Shown here: positions 37,604 through 41,415 of the stretch, piece by piece
Layout: every line of letters starts with the position of its first letter
Numbering within the stretch: position 1 is the first letter of the stretch
Source of the DNA: a virus
Lineage: Duplodnaviria; Heunggongvirae; Uroviricota; Caudoviricetes
Virus record (IMG/VR): IMGVR_UViG_2579778884_000014
Reading direction: 5' to 3' (one strand)
Length of the DNA stretch: 41,415 nt
Translations under genes and position numbers: made by a program
Notes under the pieces: model-generated
Database searches by the model: none
Told to the model about the DNA's origin: nothing
What the model saw: the letters and a program-made list of their open reading frames with translations, nothing else

Positions 37604-37920
37604 TGCCACTCACATCTGGCATGATACCGTCCAGAAGGTAATTGCTTATATACAACGGAGCCGCCCATGGCATAAGTATAAGCATGAAGTTTTGTCCAGA
37701 AGTCCCCATAAACTAGTATTGGGGCTAAAAATTTTGGATCGCTAACCATAGATGTAGCAGGAAGCTCGAAACCTTTAGAAAGAATGTTTACCAGTGAAGG
37801 GTAATTTTCAAAATCAGTGCTATTCCCGCCCACCTCTAAAGCATCCAGTTCAAAGTCGAGCACTCCACCATTTTTGTAATACTCCGGAACAGTTAACCCT
37901 GATGTTAACAAAGTAGCCAT
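37600..37920 (-). CDS. Hypothetical protein, antisense insertion
   Basis: 106 aa with a perfect AGGAGG Shine-Dalgarno 8 nt upstream of the ATG; AT-rich island; convergent with the C5-methyltransferase, 4 nt 3-prime overlap. Confidence 0.6.
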   Translation of the reverse strand: MATLLTSGLTVPEYYKNGGVLDFELDALEVGGNSTDFENYPSLVNILSKGFELPATSMVSDPKFLAPILVYGDFWTKLHAYTYAMGGSVVYKQLPSGRYHARCEWH

Positions 37921-37954
37921 TAAACAATCCTCCTGAATTTTAAAGGGTTACATT

Positions 37955-39349
37955 ATGCCCAAAGTTTTCACGCCTCGCCCCTACCAAGATCTAATTATCA
38001 ACCACGAAATCGACATTCACCGCTGCAACATCTGGGCAGGGATGGGGATGGGTAAAACCGTAGCGACACTCACCACGCTGGAAGATCTTTTCATGGCGGG
38101 CTCAGAGACACAGCCCGCGCTGGTCCTCGCGCCCCTACGCGTTGCAGCAAGCACATGGCCGGATGAAGCGCTGAAATGGGGGCATCTGCGCAATATCGAG
38201 GTGCAGCCGATTGTTGGTAACGCCAAAGCACGCTCTGCAGCGCTGGCGAACAGCAACGCGAGCGTGTTCACCATCAACTACGATAACCTTGTCTGGCTGG
38301 TTGAGGAATTGGGAGAACGATGGCCGTTCGGTACTGTCATTCCAGATGAAAGCACCCGGCTAAAATCCTTCCGGCTGCGAGGTGGTGGTAAGCGCGCGGC
38401 GGCGCTGGGCAAAGTGGCGCATAAGTATGTCCAGCGCTGGATAAATCTCACCGGTACGCCAGCACCGAACGGCCTGGTAGATTTGTGGGGACAATTGTGG
38501 TTTGTGGACCAGGGGCAACGTCTCGGGCGCACTTACGGCGCGTTTACCTCACGCTGGTTCAACTCGATACAGTTTCCGGGGCAGAGCTGGACCAAACTGG
38601 AGCCGTTTGCTCACTCACATGCTGAAATACAGCGAGCGTTAGCCGATGTGACCCTCTCGCTGGATGCGGCCGACTGGTTCGATATCAAAGACCCCATCCA
38701 TAACGTAATCCGCGTGGATATGCCGCCGAAGGCCCGTCAGCAGTATCGTGAAATGGAAAAGGAAATGTTCCTCGAGCTGAACGGCGAAGGCATCGAAGCA
38801 CCAAACGCCGCGGCAAAGACACTGAAGTGTCTGCAAATCGCCAGTGGCGCAGTATACACAGACGACACCGGAAGTTGGTCAGAACTGCATGACACCAAAC
38901 TACAAGCGCTGGACAGCATACTGACCGAAGCAGCTGGCGCACCTGTGCTGGTTGCTTATCACTGGAAACACGATCTTGAACGCTTGCTTAAAGCATTCCC
39001 TCGCGGTCGTCACCTCGACCAAGATCCACAGACACTGCGCGACTGGAATTCCGGAAAGATTCCTGTTCTCTTTGCACACCCAGCCAGCGCGGGCCACGGT
39101 CTGAACATGCAGGACGGCGGAAACATACTGGTATTTTTCTCACACTGGTGGGACCTGGAGCAGTATCAGCAAATTATTGAACGTATCGGCCCCACCAGGC
39201 AGATACAGGCCGGACACAATCGTCCGGTATTTATTCACCACATTATTGCGGCCGACACTATGGACGAAATGGTGATGGAGCGGCGCAACTCAAAACGAAC
39301 AGTGCAGGACATCCTGCTCGATGCCATGAAAAAGAGAGGTATAGCATGA
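37955..39349 (+). CDS. SNF2-family helicase
   Basis: 464 aa; Walker A ...GMGMGKT..., DExx-type ...VIPDESTR..., motif III ...LTGTP..., C-terminal helicase motifs ...HGLNMQDGG... and ...ERIGP... Confidence 0.85.
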   Translation: MPKVFTPRPYQDLIINHEIDIHRCNIWAGMGMGKTVATLTTLEDLFMAGSETQPALVLAPLRVAASTWPDEALKWGHLRNIEVQPIVGNAKARSAALANSNASVFTINYDNLVWLVEELGERWPFGTVIPDESTRLKSFRLRGGGKRAAALGKVAHKYVQRWINLTGTPAPNGLVDLWGQLWFVDQGQRLGRTYGAFTSRWFNSIQFPGQSWTKLEPFAHSHAEIQRALADVTLSLDAADWFDIKDPIHNVIRVDMPPKARQQYREMEKEMFLELNGEGIEAPNAAAKTLKCLQIASGAVYTDDTGSWSELHDTKLQALDSILTEAAGAPVLVAYHWKHDLERLLKAFPRGRHLDQDPQTLRDWNSGKIPVLFAHPASAGHGLNMQDGGNILVFFSHWWDLEQYQQIIERIGPTRQIQAGHNRPVFIHHIIAADTMDEMVMERRNSKRTVQDILLDAMKKRGIA

Positions 39350-39546
39350 GCGAGAAACCCGACGATTTACTCACCCCAGATGAAGTATGCCAAAAGTTAG
39401 GTATTACACAGAAAACGCTATGTGAGTGGAATATTAAGCATCGTCATCGGGCTATCCTGGCACCAATTCGTTTCAGTGCAAAAGTAGTTCGTTATGAGCG
39501 CCGAAATGTCGACGCTTTTATTCAAAAGTGTCGCAGCCAGTATTAA
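39346..39546 (+). CDS. Excisionase / AlpA-like HTH protein
   Basis: 66 aa; ...LLTPDEVCQKLGITQKTLCEW... fits AlpA/Xis-type HTH; next to and convergent with the integrase. Confidence 0.55.
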   Translation: MSEKPDDLLTPDEVCQKLGITQKTLCEWNIKHRHRAILAPIRFSAKVVRYERRNVDAFIQKCRSQY

Positions 39547-40940
39547 CCTCGCCGCCGTAGCAATGCAACCTGCGCAAGTATGCTCCGCTCGTGAGCCTCG
39601 AAAGCTTCGCGCTTTAACGCAATCTCTTCCTGTAAAATCTCATCAGAAAAGTCGTAATGTTCTGCCATCGGGTCATCTGACTTGCTGGAGTGGTGAAGGC
39701 AAAGGAGGCTGATTTCCCTTCGGTCTGATCGGGAATAGCCTCTTTCCTTCATCAAGGCAATAACATTGCTCTTAAGGAATTTACGGCACATCGTATTAAA
39801 TGCACCGTCTTTCCCTTTAACAGTCCCATCATGTTTTATTCCTTTTACAGCCCCGTCCGGGCTGTATGTTTTCACCAGCTTATCCAGTGATCGTTTTGAA
39901 AATGGCTGCATTGGATCACGTGGCTGCAAAAATACATAATCCCTGTTGCACTCAGGAACTGAATCACGCCAGGCTTTCTGCTCGTCGATAATCCGCCGGA
40001 TCTCAGGCGTTATCGGCAGGCGGAAAGCCTTTTGTGTTTTCATAGCCCCTCGCATGCCGATAACCCCTTCCGGATAAACAATTTCACCAGCCTCCTCGTG
40101 AACGTAGTCCCAGCGCAGGTTATGGACATTAATCGGACGAACGCCAGTGATGATCATGAAGCGAACAGCATTCTTCTGGTGTACAGAGGTGCAGGCAGCA
40201 ACATTGAGCCAGAGTCGGGCGATTGATTCAATATCGGTAAAAAGCCGTGTGGGGGTAGGTTTCTGTATGCGGGAGGAAACATAATCATCTGGCAGACTGG
40301 CGGCAACATTGCGGCCGTTGCAAAGAGTAGGTGCGCAGAACTTCCAGAACCGACGGAGCTCGGCAAACAACTCCAGGGCGTTATTGTTCGAGCGAGTGGC
40401 GATCCACTCGTCCAGCACTTCCACCAGCCGATTGTATGTTACGTCGCTGAACACCTCACGCTCGCCGAACGTTGCTTTAATCCGGTCGATACGCACCCCG
40501 TAGGTTGTGAAACTGTCCGGGCTCAGCTTCTGCCGGGCGACTTTGGCTTTGAGGTCATCCCGGTACATTTCCAGCGCTGCATGTACTGACTCTGCCCGCA
40601 AGCCACAGTCAGCCATACCTAGCGCTTTTTCGCGCGCCAGCTGGATAGCGAGCTCCGGCCACTCGCCGAGCTTTTTACCCTTGAGGCCCATCTTTTTTGG
40701 AAACTCGGCGTAAAATGTAACCTTACCGGCTTTGCTGAAATCGATACGGAGATAGTTCTCTTTTTCGTATTTGGAACGGCGAGCCACGCCGGAAGCAGCG
40801 AGGATGATTTTGGCAGCAGCAACACAGATTTTCATGTGTGCGCTGGTATAGGGGGGTTTACAGGCGTCCCATTTTTCAGATGCGGCTAAAACATCGTCAT
40901 TATTGGGGCTATCCGGATTATGTGTTACAGTGCGCGGCAT
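39543..40940 (-). CDS. int: Tyrosine integrase
   Basis: About 465 aa; C-terminal catalytic region includes ...TGVRPINV..., ...LLCLHHS... and ...EHYDFSD.... Start at the ATG at 40940 (AAGGA Shine-Dalgarno; track start at 40946 is a TTG). Terminal position beside a host gene. Confidence 0.85.
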   Translation of the reverse strand: MPRTVTHNPDSPNNDDVLAASEKWDACKPPYTSAHMKICVAAAKIILAASGVARRSKYEKENYLRIDFSKAGKVTFYAEFPKKMGLKGKKLGEWPELAIQLAREKALGMADCGLRAESVHAALEMYRDDLKAKVARQKLSPDSFTTYGVRIDRIKATFGEREVFSDVTYNRLVEVLDEWIATRSNNNALELFAELRRFWKFCAPTLCNGRNVAASLPDDYVSSRIQKPTPTRLFTDIESIARLWLNVAACTSVHQKNAVRFMIITGVRPINVHNLRWDYVHEEAGEIVYPEGVIGMRGAMKTQKAFRLPITPEIRRIIDEQKAWRDSVPECNRDYVFLQPRDPMQPFSKRSLDKLVKTYSPDGAVKGIKHDGTVKGKDGAFNTMCRKFLKSNVIALMKERGYSRSDRREISLLCLHHSSKSDDPMAEHYDFSDEILQEEIALKREAFEAHERSILAQVALLRRRG

Positions 40941-41145
40941 TCTCAATCCTTATCTGCGTAGGCGCAGAAAACAAGCTCACACATACAAGTCTTTTCTACG
41001 GGACAAAATGCAATGTGTTGCGGTTTTGTGTTGCTGGACTGAGTTTATCAAGGTTAAATGCACTGGATCAACATACAGTAAGTTAATGACAGTAAAACAT
41101 ACAAACTCGATACAACTTACTGATTTTAAAATGATTTAACGGTAA

Positions 41146-41415
<270 letters not shown>

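Overview
The window is essentially one ~41 kb mosaic prophage of an enterobacterial (E. coli/Shigella/Salmonella-like) genome, read by eye with the supplied ORF track; no searches or computations were run, so all family assignments are recollection-based and G+C contrasts are by eye. Layout from left to right: a Pin-family DNA invertase and an inverted-repeat-bounded invertible tail-fibre segment (611..2474); a minus-strand late operon with Mu-like contractile-tail genes (baseplate, tape measure, chaperone with a -1 frameshift site, tube, sheath), head genes, portal, terminase, and a lambda-like lysis cassette (holin, R-type endolysin, Rz-like spanin); a Q-type antiterminator; an iteron/DnaA-box putative origin; a Prim-Pol/VirE-like primase-helicase; a divergent Cro-like/CI-like immunity switch; a plus-strand early operon (Cas4-like nuclease, SSB-like protein, family A DNA polymerase, two DNA methyltransferases, VRR-NUC, SNF2 helicase); excisionase-like and tyrosine integrase genes; and the host ferredoxin gene yfhL at the right edge. 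The most interesting signal is a compositionally foreign two-gene cassette (5841..6996) with its own promoter-like element and intrinsic terminator, inserted between baseplate hub and spike genes; neither protein looks like a virion component, and the small one carries an HEPN-like Rx6H motif. I rate it a candidate undescribed defence/abortive-infection or toxin-antitoxin module. Two further AT-rich antisense single-gene insertions (33012..33281 and 37600..37920) sit inside the early operon. No rRNA, tRNA or CRISPR array was seen.
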